From contig JBNJNM010000011.1 in assembly GCA_052426225.1 (NCBI GenBank), positions 3,224,001 through 3,288,000 on the forward strand: 64,000 nt of DNA. The letters run 5' to 3'. The notes under the pieces were generated by a model, which saw only the letters and a program-made list of their open reading frames with translations, was not told the origin of the DNA and made no database searches. Origin of the DNA: Zancudomyces culisetae HAW-14-8 (Eukaryota; Fungi; Kickxellomycota). The position numbers were made by a program, and so were the translations under genes. Shown here piece after piece: positions 47,828-59,456 of this stretch (positions are counted from its first letter, which is position 1; every line of letters begins with the position of its first letter).

Positions 47828-50800
47828 TAGTATGGCTTTTTTTGCTGAAGTCTTGGTTTCGTTTAGTGAGTTAAAGTTTATGTTTATCGAACTTGCTATC
47901 ACTATTTGCTTCTCAAGTTATTCGTAGGATTTCAAAATATCCTCTTTTTTTGATATTGTTGTTAATATTGCTGTTTTTGCTTTTCGTGCGTATATAAAGG
48001 GGAGTGGTGTGATTGATTTTTCTTTGTGCAAGTATATAGCAAGTCGTTTGCGTAACTAAAAATCTTAAACGTTTTTGTAAGAGTTTATAGAGCTCTTTAA
48101 CAATCGATGATTGCGAAAAGCGGTCAAGTTCACCACAGGGAGGTTGAAATTACGGAATAAAGGTTAAATTAACTGGCCTAGTAACAAAGTACGCTAAACT
48201 TAAAGATATGTTCTAACCTATTCTTCCTATTTACAGATTTTTTTTATTTAAATAAAACGTGTATTAGTGCCAGTATCTATATCTTTAAAGGAAAGGTATA
48301 AGGTATTACAAAAAAAGGTTTTACACGAAAACAAAAAGTATAAAGGTGCGTCTAATGATTTAATTAGAAGCAAAAGGTTCCATCTCAATGTATTATATAT
48401 TTTTGTGTTTAGCTCAGCTTTTTTATTCAAGATAGCATAATGAATATAACATGCTATCTCTACAATTGATAGCCAAAGAGTTGTTTCATTTGATAAAGTT
48501 CTAATTGTAAATACTATAGTAAAGCTCTCATCATTTTAGGGGGAGAGGGGGGGGAGAAAAGAGCAGGAAGAAAAGTTCTAATGATGTATTATAATAAAAA
48601 CAATCTATCAATTAGAAAAAAGCTAATTGACAGTGGTGTGGTTGTTTTATCCACCCATGCTCTTATTGGAGTTTGCCTTACAAGATGATAGATTGTAAAT
48701 TATGAGCTATATTTGTTCTATTTTTACATATAGAAATATATTATACGATTAAAAAGGAAATGTTGGTTTTGACTGGCTACGTAATCGCCTCCCTATCTGG
48801 CATCATTATATTTTCCTTATTATACATCAAACTTTTTATTATCTATTTATTTATTTATTTATTTGATTGTTTTTTAGTTGCTTTATACTAATTGTTAAGT
48901 TATGGTTTTGTTTGGCACATTTTTTTTCGATATATCGCCCGTATCAAGGATTAGTTGGTTTAAACCAAAGTTTTATATGAACTATGGAATAGTATTTTGT
49001 TATTTGCCCAATTGTTTGTGGCTACTTTTGCTTCAACTCATTATTATTTCAATCCTATGATAAAGACATCACAACATTCCCTTGCAAAAAAAAACAAAAA
49101 AAAGGCGTAAATCAATATTCAATTGGCGTTATACTCAACATTTTTTGTTGTTTAGCTTTTCGGTTTTACCAAAAGAACCCAAAGATCTTCATTAAACACC
49201 ATTCTACCCGGATAACACCTCCGGATTTACTATTTTTTTATATGAAAGGATCCCTCTATTACGGCTTCAGAAGCGCAAATAATAGTCAAGTAGACAATTG
49301 TTTACTCAAAATAATTAAAAAATAAGCATTCGACAACACTTTATTCATAATGAACTTGATTGTTTCTGTAGATAGTATAATGCAATATCTGGATTAAAAG
49401 AAAAACTAAATGTGGTTTGTACCCTTTAGAGTAATTGTTTTCAATAATCGAGCACAACGCCTTTAATAAAATACATAGCTCGGAACAAATACACCAATTA
49501 CCTTTTGTCTCTTGCAGAAGGATATTGGGTACAATTATTAAACATTAGTGATCAATAAAAAAAATAATGACGTTTGCGCCATTAAAGAATAGAACACATT
49601 TGTAGTTTTGATTTTAGGACTAGTTTCAGTTTATGTATGAATTAGCTTTAGCCTAGATAAAAGCCTTTATATAAGACTCTTCAACAAGAACCACACTAAT
49701 ACAAGAAGGACAGCTATGTATATCTACAAAAAGGCTTTTAACTTTCAGTTGGTTGAAAGTGGTTTTCAAATGCAAAAGAAACCGCCCTGAAATGGATGGC
49801 ACATTAAAAGATATCGCATATTTTACAACAATCATCATTATAACGCAGTATTTTAAGATGTGATCTACAGATATTTCAATCCTGTCTTTGTATTTACGCG
49901 TTTATTTGTGGCAAGTATGAGACTAACGCAATACAGTCCTAGTCGAAATGACACTGCTTCTACCTCCACAGTTGTAGTGCTATCATATTATAAAAAAGGT
50001 ACCATAAGTTATACCGTTGTCTGCAAATATTCATACTGATTATTAAATATGGCAAAAGGTATAGCTGCATCCCTGGACTCCGTAAAAAAATATCTTTGGA
50101 CTGATACATTCGCAAAAAGAAAAAAACAATTGCGCTGATAGGCCAAATGTGGTATCTAATACAAACTAACGAGTGTATTATTAAGGTCACAGCTACAAGT
50201 ATCTAAGATAGATACTGCTAATTTTTATTAAGAGATTTGAAAGTATTTAGTAATTGATGCTGACCAAAACAATGAAAAAAAGGGGAAAGGTGTAGAAGGA
50301 CAGTGCGATGTTGGCATCCTTTGCTACTGCCTGGTATTTGTCAAGATATATTTATTTTTGAAGTTGCTGCAGAGTTCCATTATGTGTCCTAAAATTCAAA
50401 ATTCGGTTTCCTATCAATTATCACATTTCCGTTTTTTTTAAATTTTTCTTACAAGCTAACACATTACCAACGAGTATGTTGTTATGTCTTTGCTTGAGGT
50501 TAATAAATGTAGCAATATTATAGATAAACAGGCCATCAACTGTTTTTTTCTTGGCTCGTTAACCTACTATGAGGAATTTTGAGGAAAAAAGCTGTTGGAA
50601 AGGTGGCGTGTATATTCAACTGCATAATCAGTTTGAGACATAGCACCACTAGAAGAAACAGAGTAGTTTGCTGCGGTGTACTATTTTGCTTAAGGAAATT
50701 AGCTTTGTCAACTATTTTTTACATTTTTACTCCTTTCAAATGATTCAGCTTAAGGTTAGGAACAGCTGATACGAAAAGTCATAAATTGGAATTTTTCCTA

Positions 50801-51067
50801 ATATCTTATTTGCTGGTTGGGTACGTAATGCGCAGAAAAACTGAGATCAAAAAAAAAGAAAATAAATTGAAAAGTGTAAGCTCAGTTTATCTCCCACTTT
50901 CAGAACAGCTTTTTATTGTATCTGTTTTTGCTTATAATATATTAGTATTGCAGCAGCTAGCTCGAGCAAAAGTTTGGAAAATACGGCTTGTAATTTAACT
51001 AGAGCAAGAAGAAAGCATAACTTATAGTACAGGTACCATAGTAGAAAGAAACAAAGATCAGGATAAA

Positions 51068-52874
51068 ATGGAGAATTTCTACCAAACGAAAAGCGCATTT
51101 GAGCCGGATTTCGAGCCAAGCGACAAGGTAATATCGATATATACCAATAAACCAGTTGTACAAAGTGAATTTAGCATCATTTACTCGATGTATAATAAGA
51201 AGAAAAACAAAAAGCAGCAAAATTGAATGTGAATCGTGTTTTATTGATAGTAAAGTTGAACCTGCTCACAATTCCTGAAAATACACAAATACCAACTAAT
51301 AATAGATTGCGACAAAGATACGAGATATAAATGTGCTGGTGATAGGAGCAGGTGGCTTGGGTTGTGAAATTTTGAAGAATTTGGTGTACTCTGGTTTCAG
51401 AAATATATCTGTCATAGACATGGATACAATTGATATCACAAATTTGAACCGACAGTTTTTGTTTAGGTATGATAAAAAGTCTCTTGGCCCATGGCTTCAC
51501 ATGGCGGTATTATTATCTAAAAGAACTCACTTAGTATTAAATTTTTCTATTTTTACAACTAGAGAGGAGGATGTTGGTAAGCCAAAGGCGGAAATAGCAG
51601 CGCAAATTATTAACTCCCGGATAGGAGATAATGCAGTTACACCGTAAGTTTTGCATATTAAATTCTTTAGTATTATGCTTAGGAACATCCATACTCTATG
51701 GAATCGTTACGGTGGTAGGGAGTGGTGGGGGAAGTGGTGAGATGCGTGAAAAATATTAAAATGTACACCGTAAACTGGTATTATTAGATATTTTTGCAAA
51801 ATTCAGGAAAAAGACGAGGGTTTTTATTATGAATTCGACATTGTTATATGTGGACTAGACTCCATTGAAGCTAGGAGATGGATAAGTGCAATGTACGTCG
51901 GAATGGTAAATGATGACGACGAAAGAAGCTTGAAGGTGATTATTGACGGAGGGACCGAAGGTAAATGAAAACCAGTTTATAAAAGTTATAGGCAGGAAAG
52001 GAAGAGTGGAGTGGAGTGGAGAAGAAGGTTGGAAAATTTTAAACATGTAGAAAGAGGAAGGGGAGGGGGGAGGGGGGGGTAAAGGAGGATTTTATTGCTT
52101 AACTATCTACTTGCTATAAAACTAGGATTCAAGGGACAAACCAGAGTTATTATACCAACAGTTACAGCATGCCACGAATGTGCGGTAGAAATGCATGGAC
52201 AAAGAGTCCGATATCCAATCTGTACGATAGCGAACACGCCTAGGCAACCAGAGCACTGTATAGAATGGGCAGCGCTAATAGAATGGGAAAAGGAAAAGGA
52301 TAGAAAAGCGGATCTAGACGACCCTGAAGATGTTGCGTGGATATATGGACGGGCAAAAAAACGAGCTGAGCAATTTGGAATAGCAGGAGTAACCATCCAG
52401 CTGGTACAGGGCGTTGTCAAAAACATCATCCCAGCGATTGCAACAACCAACGCAATAATTTCGGCTAGCTGTGTCAACGAAGCTGTCAAGGTGGCCTCGG
52501 GATGCCATCCAATGTTGAATAACTACATGCTTTATGTGGGGGAGGATGGCGTATATAGCCACACATTCGAGCTAGAAAAAAAAACAGAATGTCTCATTTG
52601 TGGCTCATTCAGCATGAAAATGGATGTGAGCGCAGAGGCAACACTTTCCGAACTTTTGGAAATGCTTGAAACTCACCCAAAACTGCTATTTAAAAAACCC
52701 AGTGTTTCAATTAACGGAAAACCAATTTATTTACAGGCACCACCAACCCTCGAAATCAAATATAGACCAAACCTATTAAAACCTTTGTCAGTACTATTTG
52801 CCTCGGGTTCAGTATTGAGTGTTACAGACCCTAGCCTGCTTACCAGCGTGTCACTAACCATCGCTTTCTTATAG
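51068..52874 (+). CDS. UBA3: NEDD8-activating enzyme E1 catalytic subunit; 5 exons
   Basis: [17 protein letters not shown]; [17 protein letters not shown]; IDGGTEG|FKGQ; [19 protein letters not shown]; [12 protein letters not shown]. Confidence 0.94.
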
Positions 52875-54215
52875 TGCAAGCTGGTCGAATACCTCTCCAG
52901 CGTTGCCTTCTGTCAAGGCCTTCTCCAGAGCTGCTCTGGCACCTACCAATGCGTCGGCATCCTTATTACCAGCAAAAATTGCATCAAGCTGATCCAAACG
53001 CTTGGCTATGTTTTCTGCAGTTACCTGAACATCACTTCCATATAAATAGTTGTTGTCCTTAATAAGGTTTTTCATTGTTTTCTTCTCCTTTTTGGCTACC
53101 TTTTTAAGAGCCTCCTTCTCTTTCTTGGCGCTTTCCTTTTCTTGTTGCTGGAGTTCCTTCTCTTTGTTCTTTTGTTTCTCTGCTTCCTCAGCTGCCTTTT
53201 GTTCTTCTTGTTTTTGCTGTATTTGCTGCAATTCCTGTTGCTTCTGCTGTTTTAAGTCTAATGCACTCTTATTCTGGTTCTTCTTTCTATTTGCCTTGGC
53301 CTCTTCCCTAAATTTGGCCATTCTTGGATCCTGTCTTGCACAGCTGTCCAAAATTTTTCTGAGTCTTGCTGTATCGTCCTTCTTTCGCTTCTCTCTTGCA
53401 TTCTTGTTCTTCTTTTCTGCCCATCTCTTGTTGTCACGGTTATCACTGTTTTCTGAAGGATCTTCGTCCAAGTACTCAAAGCTTCTCCATGACTTCATGT
53501 TGTAGAAAAAGTCATAGAATGCCTCTACTTCCTCCTTTGTTGACTTGGCTGTTCCAAGTTTTGGAGCTGGCTGGGTCTTTGAGAATCGACCCTCCTTCTC
53601 GAATATTGGTCCGAATACCTTGTAGAAGTCCTTCTTTGGTACATCTCCTGGATCCTCGTCATCTGGAATTCCTGGATCTACTGAATCGAATTGCTTTCTT
53701 TTGATTGGATCCATCAAAATTTCAAATGCCTTTTGAATGCATTTGAACAACTCGTCGTTTGCTGCCTCTGCAACACCACCTGCCTGTGCAATTCTCTTGT
53801 CTGGATGATGTCTCAACACCTTCTTTCGTTGCTGTCTGATGATGTCATCTGTCGTAGCACGGTATCTCAGCTTCGACAATCCCAAGACTTTGTAATGGTC
53901 CTGTGTTCTCCACTCGCTTGCCTTCAAGAGCAGCAAGTCTGCTGTTTCCTCCTCATCATCGCCATCACCTCCCTTCTTGCCTTTACCTTTGCTCTTCGAC
54001 TTGTTCTTAGCTTCTTGTTGTCTCTGGATCTCCTCGAAGAGTTCGATAACATTGCCACCCTTTTCCTGTTCCTCAACCAGTTTCAGGTACTGTTCCATGT
54101 ATCCGCCGACTCTTTTGACGGTACATTGCACAAGCCCATCAAGCTCTGCGTGTATTTTGTTACCTTGAAATTCGGCGGCAACTTGTGGCAGTTCAATCGC
54201 TACTCTTGCTGACAT
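52869..54215 (-). CDS. ZUO1: Zuotin, ribosome-associated J-protein
   Basis: WRTQDHYKVLGLSKLRY; HHPD; FKCIQKA; FYDFFYNMKSWRSFEYLDE; DPRMAKFREE. Confidence 0.95.
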   Translation of the reverse strand: MSARVAIELPQVAAEFQGNKIHAELDGLVQCTVKRVGGYMEQYLKLVEEQEKGGNVIELFEEIQRQQEAKNKSKSKGKGKKGGDGDDEEETADLLLLKASEWRTQDHYKVLGLSKLRYRATTDDIIRQQRKKVLRHHPDKRIAQAGGVAEAANDELFKCIQKAFEILMDPIKRKQFDSVDPGIPDDEDPGDVPKKDFYKVFGPIFEKEGRFSKTQPAPKLGTAKSTKEEVEAFYDFFYNMKSWRSFEYLDEDPSENSDNRDNKRWAEKKNKNAREKRKKDDTARLRKILDSCARQDPRMAKFREEAKANRKKNQNKSALDLKQQKQQELQQIQQKQEEQKAAEEAEKQKNKEKELQQQEKESAKKEKEALKKVAKKEKKTMKNLIKDNNYLYGSDVQVTAENIAKRLDQLDAIFAGNKDADALVGARAALEKALTEGNAGEVFDQLAL

Positions 54216-54347
54216 GGTAGTTTCCGTTTAACTTCTCTTTGCAGGCGCGGTTCGCTTTTGTTTTTTTTTTTGTATGAAAAGTTTTATTTTTCTATCAAAA
54301 AATTTTTTTGAGCTCTTATATCGAAAACAATCAGAATAAAAAAATCT

Positions 54348-54369
54348 TGAAAAAAAAAAATTTTTTTTT
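54348..54369. promoter_or_regulatory. RRPE-like palindrome upstream of ZUO1
   Basis: TGAAAAAAAAAAATTTTTTTTT; a second copy CAAAAAATTTTTTTG at 54296. Confidence 0.4.
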
Positions 54370-55777
54370 GAAAATTCCAGGCTTGGAATTGCTGGCTTTT
54401 GCTAGCACATTTCGGTAGTGATATTTAAACTATCAGTCAAATGATCAAAAATCAATAATTCGTCTGATATGCTGTCATGTTCAAAACGCACACATAAAAA
54501 AGATACAACGAGATTGGAGTACAGAGTATTGGTGATATCAGGATTTAAAGGCCATCTACAAATGAGATTGGTTTAAATCCTTGCAGCACTTTACTTATCT
54601 GGATAAGTATGCTGTATTTCAGTTGGGTTGGTTCGTATTACAGCTATTTCACTGAAAACCCGACAGTATTTTGATGAGAAACACCAGAAATATTGTAGGG
54701 TGATATTTGCAGAGATAGACAAGCGCAAGTACCAATAAATCAAAGCACAGGGTACTTCAGTACATGTGTGTACTTAGTGTACTTAGTGTACGCTTGTTGA
54801 ATGTTTATATCCCAATGAGCTGCATTCTTTCTTTGCTTAAACTGTATTGTGGTATTTTTAGGTTTCACTATGGCTTCCATCCTATCTAAATGCGTGGATA
54901 ACTATTGAGGTGGAATGCAGGAACTACGTGGTAATGGACTTGGAGAGTACATAGCTTATCCACGCTCTGATACTTGTAAATTCTAATCCCCAGCGTATCC
55001 TACATACTTTGCATTTTTTGCATGCTATCTTCATCCATTGTGCATAAACATCCACAAAATAAACACCATTTCCAAATTCTGACAATTTATTGGAGGCAAA
55101 TGTACTTCTCGCTCTAAAAACGCAGTCAAAGGGCAGGAAAATAGGTGAATTTACAAAATCAATGAGATTTGGTGATTGGTGCTGAAAAAGTTGGCTGAAA
55201 TTGTAACATGCAAACCTAGCAAGAACAAAATAAAACACGATTCCGACTAGGTTAGAGCTGAAGCATAATCCGAAAGAACAGGTGCTGCATATCTTGGTAA
55301 CCAAGAGAGTGTGGCTATGCAACCCTGTATTCCTTCTATTTCTACTATCCTAAACATACTACACTATATTCACTGCGGTATTGAAACAGTATGAATAAAA
55401 GACAGAATATTTATATAAATAGAATAACAGCATCATAATAATGTTTTTTTTTTCAACAGAGTTATATCACTTTATACTTGATACTTGAACCTTACATTTT
55501 CCTTTATTGAAAAACTAATCATTTAATCATTTTATCATTTTGTCATATTATCATTTCATCATATTGCCATAATCATATTATCAATACATCACAATCCATA
55601 CCCTCACGCTATACATTGGAATATTTTTTTTAAAAGAAAAAAGGTGTAACCAACACTTGTACAGAATACAGAGAAAAAAGATAGGATAACTTTATCATTA
55701 TTGTATAACAAAACTTAAAAGCACAAACATATCAATCACTTTTAACACACTAAGCAATTTGAAGGTTAAAAGCAACA

Positions 55778-58687
55778 ATGCATATAAACATCTTTGCTCA
55801 AGCAATTACACTGTACTTGGCAACAGTTGAAGGCTTACAATGCTCTGATTTTGGTTCATTGAGGCTGTCTACGCCAGCAAACTATGGCAACAGGATGGCA
55901 TCCGACTCAACTTATCAAATTCTATTCAATAACAACATCAGTAATTCCAAATATAATGCTCTGGTCGATGCCTTAAAATGTAGGAACCTGAACTTGAAAC
56001 ATGTGAACCAGGGATCAAAGAAACTGATTGTTGATCTTCCAAGCTTTATGGCAGAGGAGTTAGTCATGTCAAGCGATGTCAAGAAGATGTACAAACTAAC
56101 CCATCGTTCTCGATTTCCAAGACTTTTAAAGAGGGAGAAAAATGATGTTTCTAAAAATAATGCTGGTGCAGCAAAAATTAACCAGAAACCACAACCACCC
56201 AAAGATCAAAAAAATGCTAAAGACAGAAAGACAATGGAAGCCATGAAGGGAAAAGAGAAGGAAAAGGAAAAGGAAAAGGAGAAAAAAGAAAAGGAGAAAA
56301 AAGAAAAAGAGAAAAAAGGAAAGGACAAAGAAAAGGAAAAGGAAAAAGAAAAGAAGAAAAAAGAGGGAAATAAACGTCTACCAGACACCAAGATATCAAA
56401 GCCGCCAACCATTAGTACAACTTATACTACATCCGATGAAAGCATAAGTACACCTCCTTCAATAAGTGTGACTGAGTCAACCTCGAGTCTGAGCACACCT
56501 CCCTCAATAAATGCAATCGAGTCAACCTCGAGTCTAAGCACACCACCCTCAATAAATGCAATCGAGTCAACCTCGAGTCTAAGCACACCTCCCTCAACAA
56601 GTGTGATTGAGTCAACCTCGAGTCTAAGCTCGACTCCAGCTAGTACCACAGAAAGCAGTCCAGTATCTTCTATTCCAACCTCTACCGCAATTTCACAACC
56701 AATTTCGTCATCCAGCATGGAGAATGTTCAAACCTCAGGAAACACAAGCACACCACCTTTGCTGATCAGCTCTACTGAAATTGTACCTCCTACCTCGTCA
56801 GCTAGTACTGCTGAATCTAGTACAAATGATACATCTTTGCAATCGGAAGTAGAGCATGTTCTAGAAAGTTCAACAGGAGAAATAGTCAGTAGCACTGATG
56901 ATAGCTCCAGTGTCAGTACTTCAACTGATAGTATAGCCGAAGAAATGGACAGCAACGAGGATGCTGATCCAAAGCTGGACAATGCTATTGGTGACTCAGA
57001 TACACTAATGAACTTTGATGACATGGTTAAAAGCTTAGATCTCGACAAAAAGAGTTATGAAAACTTAAACGAGCTTACCAAAAATACAATGACTAACGAT
57101 GTTCAAGTATACGGGCTCGCTTCATTTTTTAAAAGCATTTTTAAAGGAAAAGCGTTTAAAAAAATGAACAACTCAGAGTATGATGGATATGATCAGGGTG
57201 CCGAGCTGAAAAACAATAAGAAAAACGTTCCTCTCTTTGATGCTGCGGAACCAAACGCAAATAACAATGAAATAAATGCGCAATATGTACATGTATTAGA
57301 TTTTGATCCCAAAAACCTCTTAAATGTGAAAATTCTATCACTTGCTCAACAAAACGACAACTATCTTCTTGATGATGAGGGTTCGGATGGTACTGATAGT
57401 GCAGAAAATACCACGTCTAGTTCAGATTCTACTAGTAGATCTGTTAGTACAGTTGTAGTCCAGGTTATTGAAACCAAAACCGAAACAAGTCCCGTAGGAT
57501 CACAACCACCCTCAGCTGCGACTCCACCATCGACAGCTGCCACCTCCAACGAAAATACAGGTACTATGTCAGTTGATAAACTTGTGGGTACGCTAACAAC
57601 AAACACTGCTACTATGACAGCAGAAAGTCTGATAACCACAACTGTGTCTACTGTTCCAATATCTTTTAGCTACTCCGGTTTTGCAACCACAGAGATGGTT
57701 GGTATTATTAAAACCCTTCCTGCTGGAAGTACAGACACAAATGTAAGTACAAGTGCAGGTGTACCATCACAAGAACTCTCCACTGTAACCTCAGCAGCTG
57801 TTACTTTTACCTACAATGGAAGTACAAGCACTATTTCAGTTGATATAATTAAAGGTACGCCAACAATGAACACCAATACTGTAGCGACAGAGAATCTGAT
57901 TGCTACAACCGTTACCGAAGTACCAATCTCTTTTAGCTATTCCGGCTCTGTAACCACAGTATTGATTGACGTTATCAAGACTATATCTGTAACTGCAGAT
58001 ACAGCCTCAGAAAGCCCAACAGTTCCAGCAGGCTTGCCAAAATCCATTCTCGATAGTCTTGACTATGATTTTGAAGACGCAATAATAACTGATGAGGACC
58101 CACCTGAAGATAACGAAAAGATAATTGAGATTAATCCAGGAGATGATGACGATAACAATGGAGAGACCGACCCCAACAAAAAAGATATCAACAATGGTAT
58201 CCAAAAGTACGATATTGGTGATGATGTTGGTGGTGATGAATATGAAAGCAGTAGTAATAGTGATGATGAAAATAGTGGGTATAATGGTGGTTCTGATAGT
58301 AACTATGGTAATAATGACAACAACGATGGCGACGATGACGATGATGATCATGATGATGATGATAGGCCTGGGTTCACCAAGGGCAACAAGAATGTCAGCA
58401 ACAAAAAAGCCAGTACTAAAAATACTGCATTTCATGCCAAGGACGCTTCGCAGGGAAAACAAGCAAACGGGGTTTTAAATACATCATCTCTACAGAAAAA
58501 CGTGACAAAAAACAAACAGTCATCTAGTAACAGAGGTGATGCTGACGGAGAAGTAAACCGTATGGCAGGCAGTGAAAAGCTGAACAAATTAAGGATGGAA
58601 ATGATTGCTAGAAACAGAATGGAATCTTTTGAAAGAAGCAGAAAGTTCAGTTTAATGAACAGTGATAGGTTCAGAGTACCACTATAA
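55778..58687 (+). CDS. Secreted Ser/Thr-rich mucin-like protein with an I9-propeptide-like N-terminal domain
   Basis: 969-aa ORF; signal peptide ending VEG; YQILF...LKHVN...L.VDLP...EELVMSSDVKKM then LLKR (Kex2-like site); KE tract, S/T repeats and an acidic tail. Confidence 0.75.
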   Translation: MHINIFAQAITLYLATVEGLQCSDFGSLRLSTPANYGNRMASDSTYQILFNNNISNSKYNALVDALKCRNLNLKHVNQGSKKLIVDLPSFMAEELVMSSDVKKMYKLTHRSRFPRLLKREKNDVSKNNAGAAKINQKPQPPKDQKNAKDRKTMEAMKGKEKEKEKEKEKKEKEKKEKEKKGKDKEKEKEKEKKKKEGNKRLPDTKISKPPTISTTYTTSDESISTPPSISVTESTSSLSTPPSINAIESTSSLSTPPSINAIESTSSLSTPPSTSVIESTSSLSSTPASTTESSPVSSIPTSTAISQPISSSSMENVQTSGNTSTPPLLISSTEIVPPTSSASTAESSTNDTSLQSEVEHVLESSTGEIVSSTDDSSSVSTSTDSIAEEMDSNEDADPKLDNAIGDSDTLMNFDDMVKSLDLDKKSYENLNELTKNTMTNDVQVYGLASFFKSIFKGKAFKKMNNSEYDGYDQGAELKNNKKNVPLFDAAEPNANNNEINAQYVHVLDFDPKNLLNVKILSLAQQNDNYLLDDEGSDGTDSAENTTSSSDSTSRSVSTVVVQVIETKTETSPVGSQPPSAATPPSTAATSNENTGTMSVDKLVGTLTTNTATMTAESLITTTVSTVPISFSYSGFATTEMVGIIKTLPAGSTDTNVSTSAGVPSQELSTVTSAAVTFTYNGSTSTISVDIIKGTPTMNTNTVATENLIATTVTEVPISFSYSGSVTTVLIDVIKTISVTADTASESPTVPAGLPKSILDSLDYDFEDAIITDEDPPEDNEKIIEINPGDDDDNNGETDPNKKDINNGIQKYDIGDDVGGDEYESSSNSDDENSGYNGGSDSNYGNNDNNDGDDDDDDHDDDDRPGFTKGNKNVSNKKASTKNTAFHAKDASQGKQANGVLNTSSLQKNVTKNKQSSSNRGDADGEVNRMAGSEKLNKLRMEMIARNRMESFERSRKFSLMNSDRFRVPL
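56447..56626 (+). repeat. Coding tandem repeat, 4 x 45 bp (STPPSINAIESTSSL)
   Basis: Units start at 56447, 56492, 56537 and 56582 and share GAGTCAACCTCGAGTCT. Confidence 0.9.
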
Positions 58688-59456
58688 AACATATTACCCT
58701 AGTGAGTAAGAGGGGGGGGGGGGGGGTGAGAATGTAGTTTTTATTTAATTATGTGTATGCTTAATACCAGGCAGTTAGTTTGAAAATTATACACAGTTTA
58801 ATCCCACTTGATCTTTTTTGTTTGGTTGGGAAATGTTTTATTATGAGAATATTCAGTAATAAAGATAATAACATACTTGAGCGGGATAAAAGCACAGACT
58901 CATTTATTTTTTTGAGTGTTGATGAAAACATGTCTAACATTTGGGTATGGTACAAGCAAAGTACAAGAAGGAACTGAAGGGGAGGAAAAGGGAAGAGGAA
59001 GAGTAATCTTCTAAATGGCAGTGATATACACTGCTTTTATGTTTGAGCCTAACAATTGTGGGAAATCTTATTGTATTGCTGTATATTTATTAAGGTTTTG
59101 CGCATGGTTTTAGTTGGTGAAAAATAAAAAAAATGCTTTTGTGGGTACACGAAAAAACGAATTGAAATTGGGTAAATATAGTTTGCGTGAATTTCTGACT
59201 GGGTGGGGTGGTGAGGGGAAGGTATAAATCAAAATCTGGATATCCAAGTACAAAGCGCAAATCTTGGAGTCCGAATTCTTGTGTTATGTAAAATACAAAA
59301 TAAATAGATTCAAAATATGATAAAAATTATTAATAAATCAAAATAAATAATAATAGACGAACAAAAGAGGTCAAATAATAAACAGAATTAAATCAAAAAA
59401 AAATAAAGTGCCTCGTTTTATGGAGATGAGATTGGGAGGATCGAGTGGAATATAAA

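Noticed and set aside
54924-55322. 132-aa minus-strand ORF
   Set aside because: Non-ATG start and no recognisable motif; probably a chance intergenic ORF.
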